DNA from: Perkinsus chesapeaki ATCC PRA-425
Lineage: Eukaryota; Protista; Perkinsozoa
Assembly (NCBI GenBank): GCA_013115145.1
Contig: JAAPAO010000131.1
Location: forward strand, 1 to 64,000
Length of the DNA stretch: 64,000 bases
Direction of reading: 5' to 3'
Numbering within the stretch: position 1 is the first letter of the stretch; each line of letters starts with the position of its first letter. The position numbers were made by a program, and so were the translations under genes. Of the stretch, positions 49,431-62,413 are shown piece by piece. Below the pieces are notes generated by a model, which did not search any database, had not been told where the DNA came from, and saw only the letters and a program-made list of their open reading frames with translations.

Positions 49431-51260
49431 ATGGACAGTCTTCTCTTCTATTATGGTGGTGATAGCCACTCTTTCTATTGTCCCAGCTGCTCTGCTGTAT
49501 CCGGGACCGCTTGCCCTGGCCACAGATCAACCTCGCCCAGACGGCGTGGTGCAGTACCGAAGGAGAACACCTTCGGCGAGGTGCTATATTTGAACCCTCT
49601 TTTCTCCTACCATCTTCCCTTATAGGCCGTTATGATGTACCAAAGAGGAGCTGGCCCTATATCGGCCAATGGAGCCGGTGTACGACGGAGCTATATGACC
49701 TTTGCCACACAGAGCCACAACACCAAACCTACTATTAACGAAGCCGCCTCTGGAACAAGGTAACCTTGCTTCTATTTGAATACTCGTTATCCTCTGTCAG
49801 AGTCCATCGACCGACCTTCTTCGATGACTGTCGATCGTGCAGCCCTTCTGGGCGCTCTGGCTCTTCGACCAGCCTTGGGGCTTACGCCGTCTTCCATAGC
49901 ACCATACGAAATTTTGGTAGATCCGCCTTATCCCAATCGACCTCTAAATGAATCTTTCTCAGCGCCGGTGACCACCACCCGAAGAAGACCGTCCAGAAGC
50001 TCTTCCCGGCCTAGGTGAGATCCACCGTATCACATACGGGCAACCTCAACTTCAGGAGCTCTGCGACCGCTAGTGCCACCGCCCGTCATCGCTCTCGATC
50101 AGCGAGTAGGAATAGAGGGGCCAGTAAAAGGGCGCAGTCTAGTGAGGGGAGGGGGCCATGGTTCCCCAATACTGCCCTCCCTACCACTTCACTGTGGCCT
50201 ACAAACGTTGTCCCTGACATGACTAAGAGCAAGGAGCCCGAGGCTAAGGAGCCGGAGACCGTAAGGGTGCCGTTGGACATTAGAAAAGATGATAGCAAAT
50301 TCAAAACTCATACGGCTGAGAAAGGTAGTAGAGAGACTTGAGTGTCTGAGGAGACGACTCATTCAGCAACCTCGGCTGGAGAAGTGATACGGGAATCTCC
50401 GAAGGAGGTCGACTACCACTCTCAGCGGTGCCCTTCGCGTCATCAACCAACTAAGGGAGAGCGCTTCAATAGGCTTCATCGGTTCCTATTCAAGACGCAT
50501 TTTCGATGCATAATAGCAGGCCTACTGGACAATGTAGTAGCTGTTATAGGGTATTTAGGAAGGCATCATTCAGGATATGCTGTCCCATGAGGAGCAGGTG
50601 TCGTTATTACTACTATTAGAGCGAGAGGAGGACGCTCGACGGCTGGCCGCTATTGAACGGGCTTATACAGCTTACGTCCATAATGAGGTATTATAGTGGG
50701 AGGAAGGAGGGTATGCAGTGTGCCTCAGAGGGCCGAGGAATTCGCGGAGGCCCTTCGGCAGGCGGTGGCATCGGCTTGAGCTGCATGATTTACCGATTGT
50801 TGCCGGACAGACCTGTTTTGTTTCGAAGCTAGTACACTCACGTGACCCTTCAGCCATTACTTTATGCTTTTGGCCATACTGAGGTGGCCATTCCTTCTAT
50901 TGGTCTGGTATCCCTCTACAGAGGCAGTACGACTGTCTTTCGATTCCGGGCAGATGGTGCCGGAAAACGGGGACATGCTTGAGGATGGTTCGCCACAGGT
51001 AAGAGCGGTGGTTCCCTAGGCTGCTGTTGGCGATTGTGTGGGTGTAGCGTGGAGGACTCTTAGAGACTCGGAGAGACTTTGATGATGAGGGGGATGATGA
51101 AGACGAGGGAGAGGAGGAGGTCGTGAACGACCTGCCTTTTGCAGCTAGCATTCTAGGTAGTACTGCGGGCTCGGGGGACTTGTGATTGGGCGGCTTCAGG
51201 GGTGGCCCGTCCAGCTCTTAGCCATACGGATTGGGACACAGGCATTATCAAAGGTATTAA
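49431..51260 (+). CDS. Hypothetical low-complexity protein, multi-exon
   Basis: Successive GT-AG bounded open segments that are Ser/Arg- and acid-rich. No recognisable domain; structure uncertain. Confidence 0.3.
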
Positions 51261-51549
51261 TATGGAGATGTTAATAAGGGAAGGATTTACTGTAAGTAGA
51301 TTCAACAGCTTCCGCGACATCGCTGGCTGACGAGCCGGAGATATCTGAGGAGCCGGTCAAGAAGCAGGCATCACTAGTCGAGAAGAGACAAAGTAGTAAA
51401 GCCTTAAGCGAAGGTCTCAGAGCGTCTGACAGGACTGACACCATCCACTTTGACGGATCCGGCAGCCGTGGCTCTGAAGGAAGTGGTTTCGTGGGTGAGA
51501 TGATCTTAAAGTGTGCCCAATAAAGTACCCTTCTTTTCAGTGTTCTAAT

Positions 51550-54500
51550 ATATGGTTCATTTGCTTCGCTTCGCTCGGGGCTTATTTTATATATGATAAA
51601 CTTGTCGATCAGCATAAACGAGCCAAGGCTCTTCTGGTTCCCAATGAAGGTGGGGAGGGGCTCGGAGGTGCAACTAACGTACCCGTAATATGTACGCTGC
51701 TAAGAGGTGGAGTGAGAGAGAGGGAGCGGTATTTTTGAACTCAGTGTACCGTACTTTCTCGAAGATTTGAGTGACTATCGGCGGTCACGGACATCTAGCG
51801 AGCGTGCATCTTGGGCCAAGAAAAGATACGGCGTGGCACTGTTTTCTTTTTCAGGCTGTCTGATACCTACTCCACCATTGCTGGTATCGGTGGTCGGAAG
51901 TGAATCTAGTACAACCCCACTCGAAACATTTCGAGCAAGTCCGTGGAGGGCATCACAGGTCAGTTTAGGAGAGACAAGTTGGAACGGATCAACCTCAAGT
52001 GCAGCAGCGCTGGATGACTGCCTGCGAAGAGTAGTGGAACTCTCTAAGGCAACCGTTGTACAGAATTCCCCTTTGCAGCTGCAGGTGCCAACCACACTAG
52101 GGGACCATGCGGAGCACTACCTCCTCAGTCCTCGCTCGGATGGCTCGTCTTATACTAGTGCATGAAGCAAGCGGCCAAAGGCATTGTCGTGATATGGTTG
52201 TTGTTGTTGTTGCGTTGATTCCAGTGATAATATGTCATCCCAGTTGATGGGTATTGACCTTCCACTCTGCCATCGGTCATTGAGGAGCTCCACTTCTTCC
52301 TCTACCGACTATGGTGCGATTGGCTTGATTGTTATACTATATGGATTGTTCTCGTACTTCCTATTGTTGTTCTGGGCGGCGACAAGGCCCACTATGAGGC
52401 TGAGGACATATCAGATGATAGGCCATTCACTGAGCATGTTCGTAGGTGTCCTGATATATCAAACTGTCGATGAGATTGCCAATGAGATATTCGCATCGTT
52501 AACAGGTAGGAATTCCATACCATATTTCCGTCAAATCATCTCCCTATCAGCTGAGCTCATCGTTAGTATAATTGTGTTCTTGCTTTGGACTACCTGTTGG
52601 GTCCTATTAATAAGCTCTGCCTATGCCAAGCCCCTTAAACAACAGGTAGGTGTGCTATTACTATCAGAGGGCAGGCCATTCGAGGACACGTTACTATAAA
52701 GGAGGTCTTTCAAGTGCATTGTTCATCTTCCCTATATTTCATCATTCAGTCTTCTGGTAACATATATTCTACTCCTCAATAGGAGTAGTGTACTCAGAAA
52801 ACCAGCATTTTAACCGGTGCTGGAAAGTGATAGTACAGTAGTACTGTACTATCACTTTCGCAGGCTGGATTGGAAAAGTAACTATTAGTACATTTAATCC
52901 CAAGTCAGCCTGCTACTACGATCAACCGTGCTTTCGTATACAATTCGTATCTGTAATGTATTTATTACTGCTCACTATGCGCTGGAAATACCTATTTCCT
53001 TCAGGGGGACTCATTACCACAATTCTAACTCCTGTGTACTCCTCTGTAGGGTTGCCAAGTGATCGGCGGTCACATAACAGGATTCGCCTGTATCAACGTT
53101 ATGAGCCACATCCAAAGCGATGAGTTCTTCTCCCAATCTCGAGGGTATGCTGTTCTATTCTTGGTCCTATCCTTCCTGGTTCTCGTTGTCTTCTACATTC
53201 TGAGGTACCCCAAAAAATCCGCTTCGCTCCGCCTAATTTTTCCCTACTGTAGTTTCTTCCTCACCGAGAGCCTCTATATAATGATAGTAAATGGTGTTCG
53301 CAAGCTGGTGTGGAAGATCCGACGGAAAAGGAATCCCGAGATTGATGCGGACCAGAGGCCGACCCTCGAGACCTTCCTTCATCGTCTGTGGTGTCCCCCT
53401 GCCCACGCCGAGGGGGCTATACTCAATTTCATGGTGCATGTTGTAGCAAGTAAGTCTGCCAACCGATGGGGTTCAGCAAACTCGTACGTGGGGCATTTAC
53501 CCCAGAATTGGAAGACACCGTTCTAACGTGGGAGCATTCGAGAGAATTCAGCCTTAATCTTTCATTCGTACGTACAAAATCTCATTCTAAGATGACCTTG
53601 GTTAAGTAAGCCTGACAGAGTTTTTCTAATAATGATACAGCTCTAGCTCGTGGGAACAGCTTCGTGATTAAGGTACCCAATCCTACCTTACCGTACAAGC
53701 ATGTGCCTATATGATATATAAGGTCTATCCAGGAGCATCTTTAATGCCACCTCAGCGAGGGCCGTTTGGTGTCTGGATGATGGGTTGCTGGGTAGTAGGG
53801 TACTGTAGAACGATCCATAGACACTAATCTGGCTTAGGCGGTGTTCTTCCTTCTACTTGTTTTATTGATTAACCTTATCACCATGTACCCCAAGGCAAGG
53901 TACTTTATAACACATGGTAAATGGTGGGCTGATATGTACTTTGATGGCGTGCACAAGTAAGCAGCTCGGGCTCCGACCAAACAACCAGCCACCACCGTGG
54001 ATTCCTCATTTCCTCCCTAGGACTCGTGAAATACCTAGAACGGGCTATTCTACCACTCTCTGTGGTGCCCATCAGGTCGCGACATCATCACGGCGATTCA
54101 CGCCATGCGTAGTGCTACCGTTTTATAGGATTCACTGGCAGTGTTATAACAAACGTTGCACTTTCGCTTATATAGGTTGCTGAAGAAAGCACTGGAAATT
54201 GTGGACACTTTTAACACCTTGAGCATTTTGAATCATACCTTAGAGTATATATAATGTTATTATGCATCTTTTACGCAATCATCGGCAATCTGGTGGGGAA
54301 ATGGTAGGGCTCGCCGAGGTAGGGTGCGTGGCCTATCAATACTGTTTGGTTCAGGTACCTCCATCTAAGTCTGGCATGGTCATCACTGCTCTTCACCTAC
54401 TGGATACTTGCCGTATTCTACCCTTCTGGCACACCACAGACGATGTGGGCTATAACGAACTCAATCCTCTACTCCCTCATGTCCATACCGCTCCTGGCAT

Positions 54501-54930
54501 TGCTCACCTTTACGGAAAGGAAGTAACAACTGGCTTCTGCCAATCGCACGGGGATTCCCTCCTCGTAGGTTCCACATTCCCAAGGAGATCGTCCAAGGTT
54601 TTATATGGGCGTTGTCTCTGGTTGTGGGTTACTCGTGGAAGCTTGTCTTCACCGATGTCCAAGACAGTGTCCTAACGTCGAGCACTTGGTAAGATATCGT
54701 CTAACTTTTCTGGAATTGCCTTTTTAGGTTCATACGTATCTTAACGGCAATAATGCTGTTCTGTTTAATGATACCTATATATTTCCATCTTATTTTACCA
54801 AGAATGAATCCTAATCTCATTTACCACGACGATGAGGTCCAGGTCACCGACGACGACCTGGTCTACCTGTCAAAGAGGGCCTCCACTGCCGACTCAGCGG
54901 CCATAGGACCGCATAACGATGCCGAATAAA
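51550..54930 (+). CDS. Multi-pass membrane protein of unknown function
   Basis: Hydrophobic exons (YGAIGLIVILYGLFSYFLLLFW; SLSMFVGVLIY; IGGHITGFACINVMSHIQ; YAVLFLVLSFLVL) separated by GT-AG introns. Ends are approximate. Confidence 0.5.
52769..52913. other. Cluster of four adjacent inverted repeats inside a 404-nt intron (52646-53049)
   Basis: Arms: 52769-76/52781-88 (8 bp), 52802-07/52818-23 (6 bp), 52823-40/52842-59 (perfect 18 bp), 52860-67/52906-13 (8 bp). Confidence 0.9.
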
Positions 54931-55134
54931 CTCGATACCATTGCTATCAAAGCTGGATATTTTTGTCTTAATATGTTACCAGTTCGTGGCGACCATTCCC
55001 CTCAGTTTCACCCGTTTGCGAGTTGGTAGCAGCGAGTCGCCACCGACATTTCCCATTGATTTGCGCAGTTGTCAATACGTACAGGAAACTACTATTAGGA
55101 ACAGGCAACATTATCGCTATAGACAGTATGAGAA

Positions 55135-55756
55135 TCATTTCTGTTTCTTGGGGTCCTGAGGCATGTACTCGTCGGTGTCGACGACCAAAGTGACCGGTCC
55201 GTCGTTATTCAGAGAAACGTCTGCGCAAACGGTCAAGTCAATTACACATTCGTGGCTCCGCTTACCCATATGAGCTCCAAAGATTCCAGTCTGGACAGCA
55301 GTATCACCCTTCGAGCCTGGATATTCTGCCCGACACCGTTTCACGAATTCATCGTACATGGGTTCCGCGTCGACAGGGCCCATGGCGAGCCTGTAGTCGG
55401 GCTTGTTACCCTGAAATGATACTCCTACCAGAAAGATTCTCCAGAGGTTACCTTGCGTAAAAGGCCGAAGAGCGTGAATTGCGATATGACGAGGACTTGG
55501 AAGTCCTTGTCGGTCACCGAAGCCCGCCAAGCAGTGCCCTTTTCGTCGTCCCATAAGCGAACCTTCATGCACTTGCGTACGCAATAGTCTAGCTCCGCCC
55601 TAAGGAATGTCGTGGGATTGTTTAAGGTCAGCAATTTTACATGGTATCGGTCTCCTTTATGCCGACTAAGAGAACTAGGCCTTTGCCTATTTTACCAACG
55701 ATGCTGTTTTCAACGGTAACGCTGGCTTCTGTGACTCGCTGTATGACAACCCTCAT
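55135..55756 (-). CDS. DTD1: D-aminoacyl-tRNA deacylase
   Basis: [48 protein letters not shown] (Gly-cisPro motif). Confidence 0.95.
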
Positions 55757-56070
55757 AGGAAAAATCCTACACATGAATTTCGATTTCCAAAGAACCAGTT
55801 ACGGTTGCACCCCAATACGAGCTCTCGCAGAGCTAATTTTTATGATCCTCAGAGATGGTCCACTCAACAATGAAGAAACACGGATCGAGTAAAAGGTGGA
55901 ATAGCATATCGTTTATATGGCATTATAGAGTCTTGATGTTAATCCGATACTTAACCCAACAAAGGTAATCGAAACGCACATAAATTCGCCGAACACAGCG
56001 GGCAGTGACGGATCATGAATACCAAGTTGCCAGTGGTGGCTACAATAATAATAACAACAACTCAAAATCT

Positions 56071-56479
56071 TTACGAGGATTCCTCCATGGCTTCAAGCTC
56101 GGCCTTCTCTCGTTCATACCGTTTCTTGTCATCCTCGCTCAGCTTCACATAGTGGGCTTTTTCGTCATCGGACAGCTGGCAGGGAAAATAGGAACTAACG
56201 GTCAAAATGGTGGACTTACACTTTTCCATTTTTCTCCTAGTTTTTTGGATATTTCAGGCAGTTGCTTATTAGCAAGACCAAACTCTAACTTTATCTTCTC
56301 CCGATTCTCCTGGGCGAACATAAAGTATCTAAGGTTGAAGCACGCATGATACACCAAACCTTGGATGGTGTCTCCTACGGCGTGAGAGCTCTTTTAATCT
56401 TCGGTTTCCCATCATCCTTCTTTACTCTTTTCTTCCTCTCCTTGCGAACCTTCGTAACATCCTTCTTTGGCTCCGTCAT
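56071..56479 (-). CDS. HMG-box protein (NHP6-like), 3 exons
   Basis: KPKIKRALTP|YFMFAQENREKIK...EISKKLGEKWK|LSDDEKAHYVKLSEDDKKRYEREK. Confidence 0.9.
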
Positions 56480-56693
56480 TCAACTCGAAATACTCGACCT
56501 TATCCACAGCAGATCATCTCTGCTATGCTTCAATTCTGCGGCCGCCCAGGTTGTATAACGCAGGGCGAGCGATATTTGCGATTGTGACGGCCGCCGCCTG
56601 CGAGGCCTGGCGGACTCCACTGCACTCTCGTTGTTGTAGTTATTCCTTTATTATTATACGGCATTGGTAAGCCCTATCCGATGCCTCACGATA

Positions 56694-58575
56694 ATGGGGA
56701 CCAACGGCGAGGCAATGCAAGCGCCGCTACGTATAAGGTATAGAGGGAACTCTTGATGAACTAACGCTGCTGTTCTCAGGCTCAAAGAGTAATTGGGTCC
56801 GGTGCATTTGGTGTAGTATACGAAGCTAAAGTACAGGAGACTGGGGAGACTGTTGCAATAAAGAAAGTGTAGGGTGATTAGGAAGACATCGGTAGAGTAC
56901 TTAGTAACGCAATGTGGTAGAGATGGATGATATTATATAGTGAAGAGTTAGTAGGACCATTAATGGTTAGTTACGCTGTACTGGGAATGTAGGAACAAAT
57001 AATGTATATTGAAGGAATCAGTATAAATAATACGGCTATTTTCACATGTTGAAAATAATGCATTACTTTATTATTAACATACATGATTTTTGGATGGGGC
57101 CAGATAATGGTAAACGAATGGCGCATAGATTGGGTCCAAAGGATGGAACTCATCGTAGTAACACCACGCGGCACTTACCTGTCTAGTGGGGATTGTACAC
57201 CGGAATGAAGGGAGAGCGAGGGGACACATAGAGCGGCATAACGTACTGTCCCACCAGCAACGCCTTCGCTGTTTCCTCAGTATATATTCTAATGCCTCAC
57301 TAGTACCGCTTGTTGCCTTTTAGTTAGTAATTACCTTAATCAGCACAGTAGTTGGATGATTGAGCCACGAGGCTTCCCGTCAATCTATTTGTAGGTTCCA
57401 AGACAAGCGTTTTAAGAACAGAGAATTGCCGACATTGAAAGAATTAAAGCATCCTAATATTGTAGCTCTAAAGCATGCTTTTCATACTGCCGGTGATACC
57501 CCTAATGACCTGTAGGGAATGGTAACGGTCCGACTGCTGTTGCATCGCCGTAATAGGTACCTCAACCTCGTTATGGAATATGTGCCGGATAATCTTTCAC
57601 AAGTGATGAAGTAGTAGAGGGGGTTGGGGGCTGGCTGATTCTGCGGAAATGTGGTATAATTATTCTATCAGATATTATACTAAAGTTAAGGAATATATGC
57701 CATCCCAACTTGTGAAGTTATATGCGTATCAAATTCTGCGCGCAGTCGGATACGTCAATGCAAAAGGGATTGCCCACCGCGACATTAAGCCGCAGAATAT
57801 ACTGGTCTGTCCGTCAACTCATACCATTAAGTTATGCGACTTTGGCTCGGCCAAGAGATTATCAGCCAACGAAGATAACGTCGCTTATATATGCAGTCGA
57901 TTTTATCGAGCTCCAGAGCTCATTTTCGGTGCGACGGGTTACACTTCTAAGGTACTAATAGAGGCTGACATTTTACAGCGCGCCACGAAATTGGCTCAGG
58001 TTGATGTCTGGTCTACTGGGTGTGTTATCGCCGAGATGTGCCTCGGGTCACCGCTGTTCCCGGGGGAATCTGGGGTTGATCAACTTGTTGAGATAATAAA
58101 AGTATTGGGAACGCCGACGGCAGAGCAGGTTAGATACCAACATTTACAGTGAGTGTTGTCGTGTTACAGCTGCTGCTGCTGTTAGGTTGCTGCTATGAAC
58201 CCGAAGTATAAGGATTTCGATCTGAAGGCCTTCCCATCTATAAAGCCTATGGGATGGGCGAATGCCCTTCGAGGACGGCCGCAGGCTGACAGCCATTTCG
58301 AGGCGCTACTGAGGGCATTATTGAAATTCGAGCCCCAAAACCGTGTGTCACCAATATTGGCATTGTGCTTGGACTACTTCGACCAGCTACGGACTCAGAC
58401 CGACCTCGGTAAGGAAATCGGGTCGGCTGGTGGGCTACCTAAGGATCTCTTCAAATTCACACGAGAGGAGCTAGCTGAAGTTGGCGATCCGAGGCGACTG
58501 GCCCCGCGTAGAGCCCTCCCCCGCGCCCCCCAAGTCCATGATGCTGTGAATGATAATAAGGTGGTTATGACATAA
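56694..58575 (+). CDS. GSK3: Glycogen synthase kinase 3 / shaggy-like kinase
   Basis: [17 protein letters not shown]|[53 protein letters not shown]. Confidence 0.95.
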
Positions 58576-58785
58576 TGGTGACTAATACCTTTAACTGCTG
58601 CTGCGGCTGCTCACCACTATAACATATTATCATCTGGTTATTTCTGTATATTGCTGGTGTTGCTGCCGTTGGGCGCCATTGGCATGTTTATAATGGTAGT
58701 AATAGTAGCATTTTGGCGACAATGACAATTACAAAGATTATCGACCCAGTATAATCATCCTCTATAGTGTATTCTTTATATCAAC

Positions 58786-60780
58786 ATGATTATCATCAGC
58801 AACACCCCCAGTAAGCCATCTTTCAGCCATCTCCCTTCGCCATCGCTACCATTATTAATATATCCATTCATATTGCTATTGTGTTCTAAGTTGGAGGATG
58901 ATAAAGCCCCAGCCTCAGTTCCCCATGGCAGGCCACACCTCTGCTGCTGCTGCTCGACAATCCCGCACTACGAATATCACCGACATAAGTCCATCATCTA
59001 ATAGCACTGATTTAGACATTTCTTCCTCTGGAGACAGAGCGTCCGGTGATGGTCCTATCATCACATCATCTAGCTAATCTATCTTTCATTCAGATGACGA
59101 AACAGCACCTCTGCCTCCAGAGGTGAAGCCCCGCACCAGTCGGTCCTCCCCTCGAACCGGTGAGAATCTTCGCCCAACCCACCTGCAGTTCCTTCCTAGT
59201 CTTGGCTGCAACACTACATCTTGTGAACCCGTTGGCAAAGCGCCGTAGTCTGGCTGATGTTCGGTACTGCCTTGGGTTTCAACTGCAGTGAGCCCTAATA
59301 GGTTCACCAAGGCGGAGGTATATAATCTTTACGTTACTTGCTGGACTGGTCTGGTATCTCTGTATGGTATGTGTTTCTTCACCGATAAGGAAGGCTGCCA
59401 AACTGTGTCGGAGATAGGCAACTACTCCTATGTGCTTCAATTTCCTGGCTCGAGATGGATCTACTTCCCTTAGCTCTTCACCATCGGTATGACTATAACA
59501 GCTGCAGGGCAGTCGGTGCTGTGGCCTACCCTGTCTGTATATCTTGCCCAGCGGACACCAAGGTCAACTTCACTCTTATTTGTAAGCCACTATATGGTCC
59601 CTCTTGGTGCTGGGCATTAACGTGCTGCTTTTAAGGCTCGTAGTGTCACTTTTATGATAACACTTCGCAAGCCTTTTCGCTAGTCTGGAATCTGCCGTTT
59701 GTTCATTCGAAAAGGGCCACCTTTCCCGGCAGCCATCGTATCCCTGTTTAGGTTCGTGCTGGCCTCCTCCTGGGTTACTTCAACGCTGTCTGCCTCGCCT
59801 GTGTTGCTCTAATACCCCTCCATTACGCCAATGCACTGCACACGTTCTTCGCCCAAACGTTCTTTGTCGCAGATTGCGCCACTTGTCTGTGTTACACCGT
59901 GGCAGCTTCTCGAATTGACCTTCTCCCCCGAGGCGCTCTTTCCACTGTACCGCCCAGCTTGCCGCAGCGTTGCAGTCGTTACTCTTGCTCAGATCGTTTT
60001 CCTAGGCCTAGGGTCGGCCTTGTTGTTGATAAGCTATATGCTAGTATACAACTTCATACCAGGAATTCGCATCGACTGGCCCTACTGTGTAGCTCTGCCA
60101 GCTCGACCGGCCGGTTCCAGCTGCCGGCTCTTCAGGTCTACACAGGCGCCGAATTCGTCAGCGCCGGCCTCTGCCTTGTGTATCCGCTTTGTTACGGGCC
60201 TGCAATCCGAGAAGCAGCGCGGACTGGAATTGACCATGCCAGACTGTAGGGCTTTCGGAGGGAATGTCTCACTGTTGTGTGTCAGATATTACAATGATTG
60301 ATCGACAAGCATGAATGAAGACTAGCATGCCTTTCTCTCCCCAAAAAGTATTGAGTTCCCCGGCGGTGCCCATTTACATTAGTCCTGTTACTGTCACTGA
60401 GTTTTATGGATTCAAACGTGCCACCTGTCAAGTCCAGTCCTGACGCATCTGCTGATGCTGCTGCCGCCACTGATCCAGCGGGCAAAGCTGATCGGTCTCT
60501 AGGTAAGACTTATGTAACAAACGGGGAGATTACCTGTTGTTGAGTAGACGATATTAATCCTTCCTGGACTGACCAACAGAATCGTGGTGCTGGCTTCGGT
60601 GATGACTTTTCGCCGGACTCATTTACTTTCAGCGAATTCGGTGGAGATGCGGAACTAGAAGGCATGCCGGGTGCCGGGTGTACGAAGAATCACTCTTCGT
60701 TCCGATTACTGTGTTCCCTTCAGATAGCGTGGACCCCTTCAAAAGCGCCAATCGGCATCCTAATGCGCCCAGAAATAGTA
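58786..60780 (+). CDS. MFS-like multi-pass membrane protein (possibly UNC-93-like)
   Basis: Numerous hydrophobic exons, including LFTIGMTITAAGQSVLWPTLSVYLAQ. Exon model and ends uncertain. Confidence 0.4.
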
Positions 60781-60881
60781 GGCTAGTCCGAAGGCTTCCC
60801 TCTTCGATCTCGTATCTTTCTCAGTGTTTAAGGCTATGGTGCAGCTTTTAAGTCCATGCAGGAAACAACGTAGCTTGGCCG

Positions 60882-61990
60882 ATGTCAGGTCTGACTGCTG
60901 TGAGAGTGTTATTAACGACGTTATTTGAGAGCAGGTTCAACTTGGTAGAGGTTGCCATCATGTACAGTGCGAGCTTAATAGGCTTAGTCTCCCTAATAGG
61001 GGCACTTGTCTTCAGCGACATCAAGGGATGTGACACAATATCAGCCATAGCAGCTGAATCCAAAGTAACACTGCGGAGTTACTTCGGACATCGAACTGTT
61101 CCGAGCGCGGAAATACAAATGCCACTTTTGAATGGGGGTTGTGGTAAAGCTAGTTATACCCGTATATAGTCTATTATAATGCAAACCGCCGCCGCCATTC
61201 GATTGTCTATCGTTCTCGATGCTCTTTAGGTCTTCAGAGTAGGCATAGCGATCGCGGCGCTCGGTCTCGCACCGGGATGGGGATTCATAGCAGTCTATCT
61301 TGCTCAGAGATCCCCGCGATCATTAAGCAAGCTGACGGTAGGCTACTGTCTTCGAACAGTCCTCGTAACTTTCACCTTCAGATAAGAGTGGCACTCTGGC
61401 TTGGCTTGATCAGTGCTATCTGCCTCTTCGGGGTAGCCGTTGTGCCTGTCAGCTACTGGAATGAGCTGCATTATTTGTTTGCACAATTATCCTTCTTGTG
61501 TGGTTGCCTCACATGCCTCCTCTTTTCTATTTCTGCCACCAAGGTTGATCTCCTCCCGAAATCTGCTCTCATCACCGTAAGTTCATCTCTTCCTTCCACA
61601 GTGTTACTAGCCTTGCTCCCCTCAGTTGATCCTTCTAACCGGTGCCACTATTGTCTTGCTCTTGAGTTATCTCCTCGCGAACGGCTACGTGCCAGGTGTC
61701 TCTCTCAAATGGCCCTTCTGCGTAAGCTTCTAATCCCGTATTACTATTGTACTATTATTCCCCTCAGGTGTACACTAATGTTCAGTTCTTCACCGTGGCC
61801 ATGGCATTTTTGTTCCCTATGTGCTTCGGACCGGCAATTAACCATGCCATTCACACGGTTGATTTCGCTCGAATGTAAGTAGACTTTTCTTCCTTACCCG
61901 CTCATTCGTGTTGCAGGTATTACTATGATTGATTCACAACACATCTCAGAGGGCCTGCTTGTGTCCTTTACAAGTTACCATTTCTAGTTG
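60882..61990 (+). CDS. Frag1/DRAM/Sfk1-like membrane protein
   Basis: DTISAIAAES, LWLGLISAICLFGVAVVP and ELHYLFAQLSFLCG (H..GA.L.F-like) within a multi-TM pattern. Confidence 0.45.
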
Positions 61991-62413
61991 TATAAAATGC
62001 CTCAATGCCTCTATCAAGTCTTTCGTTCCGAGTCAAACTAAGTGATAATTGTGCACTTGTTAATTGACTACGAGACCTGGTGTTATTCGGTGTCAGAAAA
62101 GTCAAGTAGAAGCTCCTTCCATCGAGGCAGGAATTATTATTAGAGCGAATCGCCCTCACGGTAGTCGTCAATACACCGTGAAAAAATGACAAGCAATGTC
62201 CATGAGACAAGAGCTTAAGTGGGATCCAAGTATTGTGAAAATGACCTTTAATCAAGAAGGTATGATACAATAAGAAAGTCATTATTCGTATCAATGCGCA
62301 CACTCATTCCGCAGAGTGGGCTATGACATAGTGGATGACAAGGTTCAACGGTGCAGTCGACAACAGGTTCGATAAGACTATTTAACAAAATTCAAGTGTA
62401 TGGTGCTTTAACA

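Noticed and set aside
31629-57993. Identical 15-mer CGCGCCACGAAATTG near the 3' ends of introns in RPC2 (31629) and GSK3 (57979)
   Set aside because: About two exact 15-mer pairs are expected by chance in 64 kb, and only two copies were seen.
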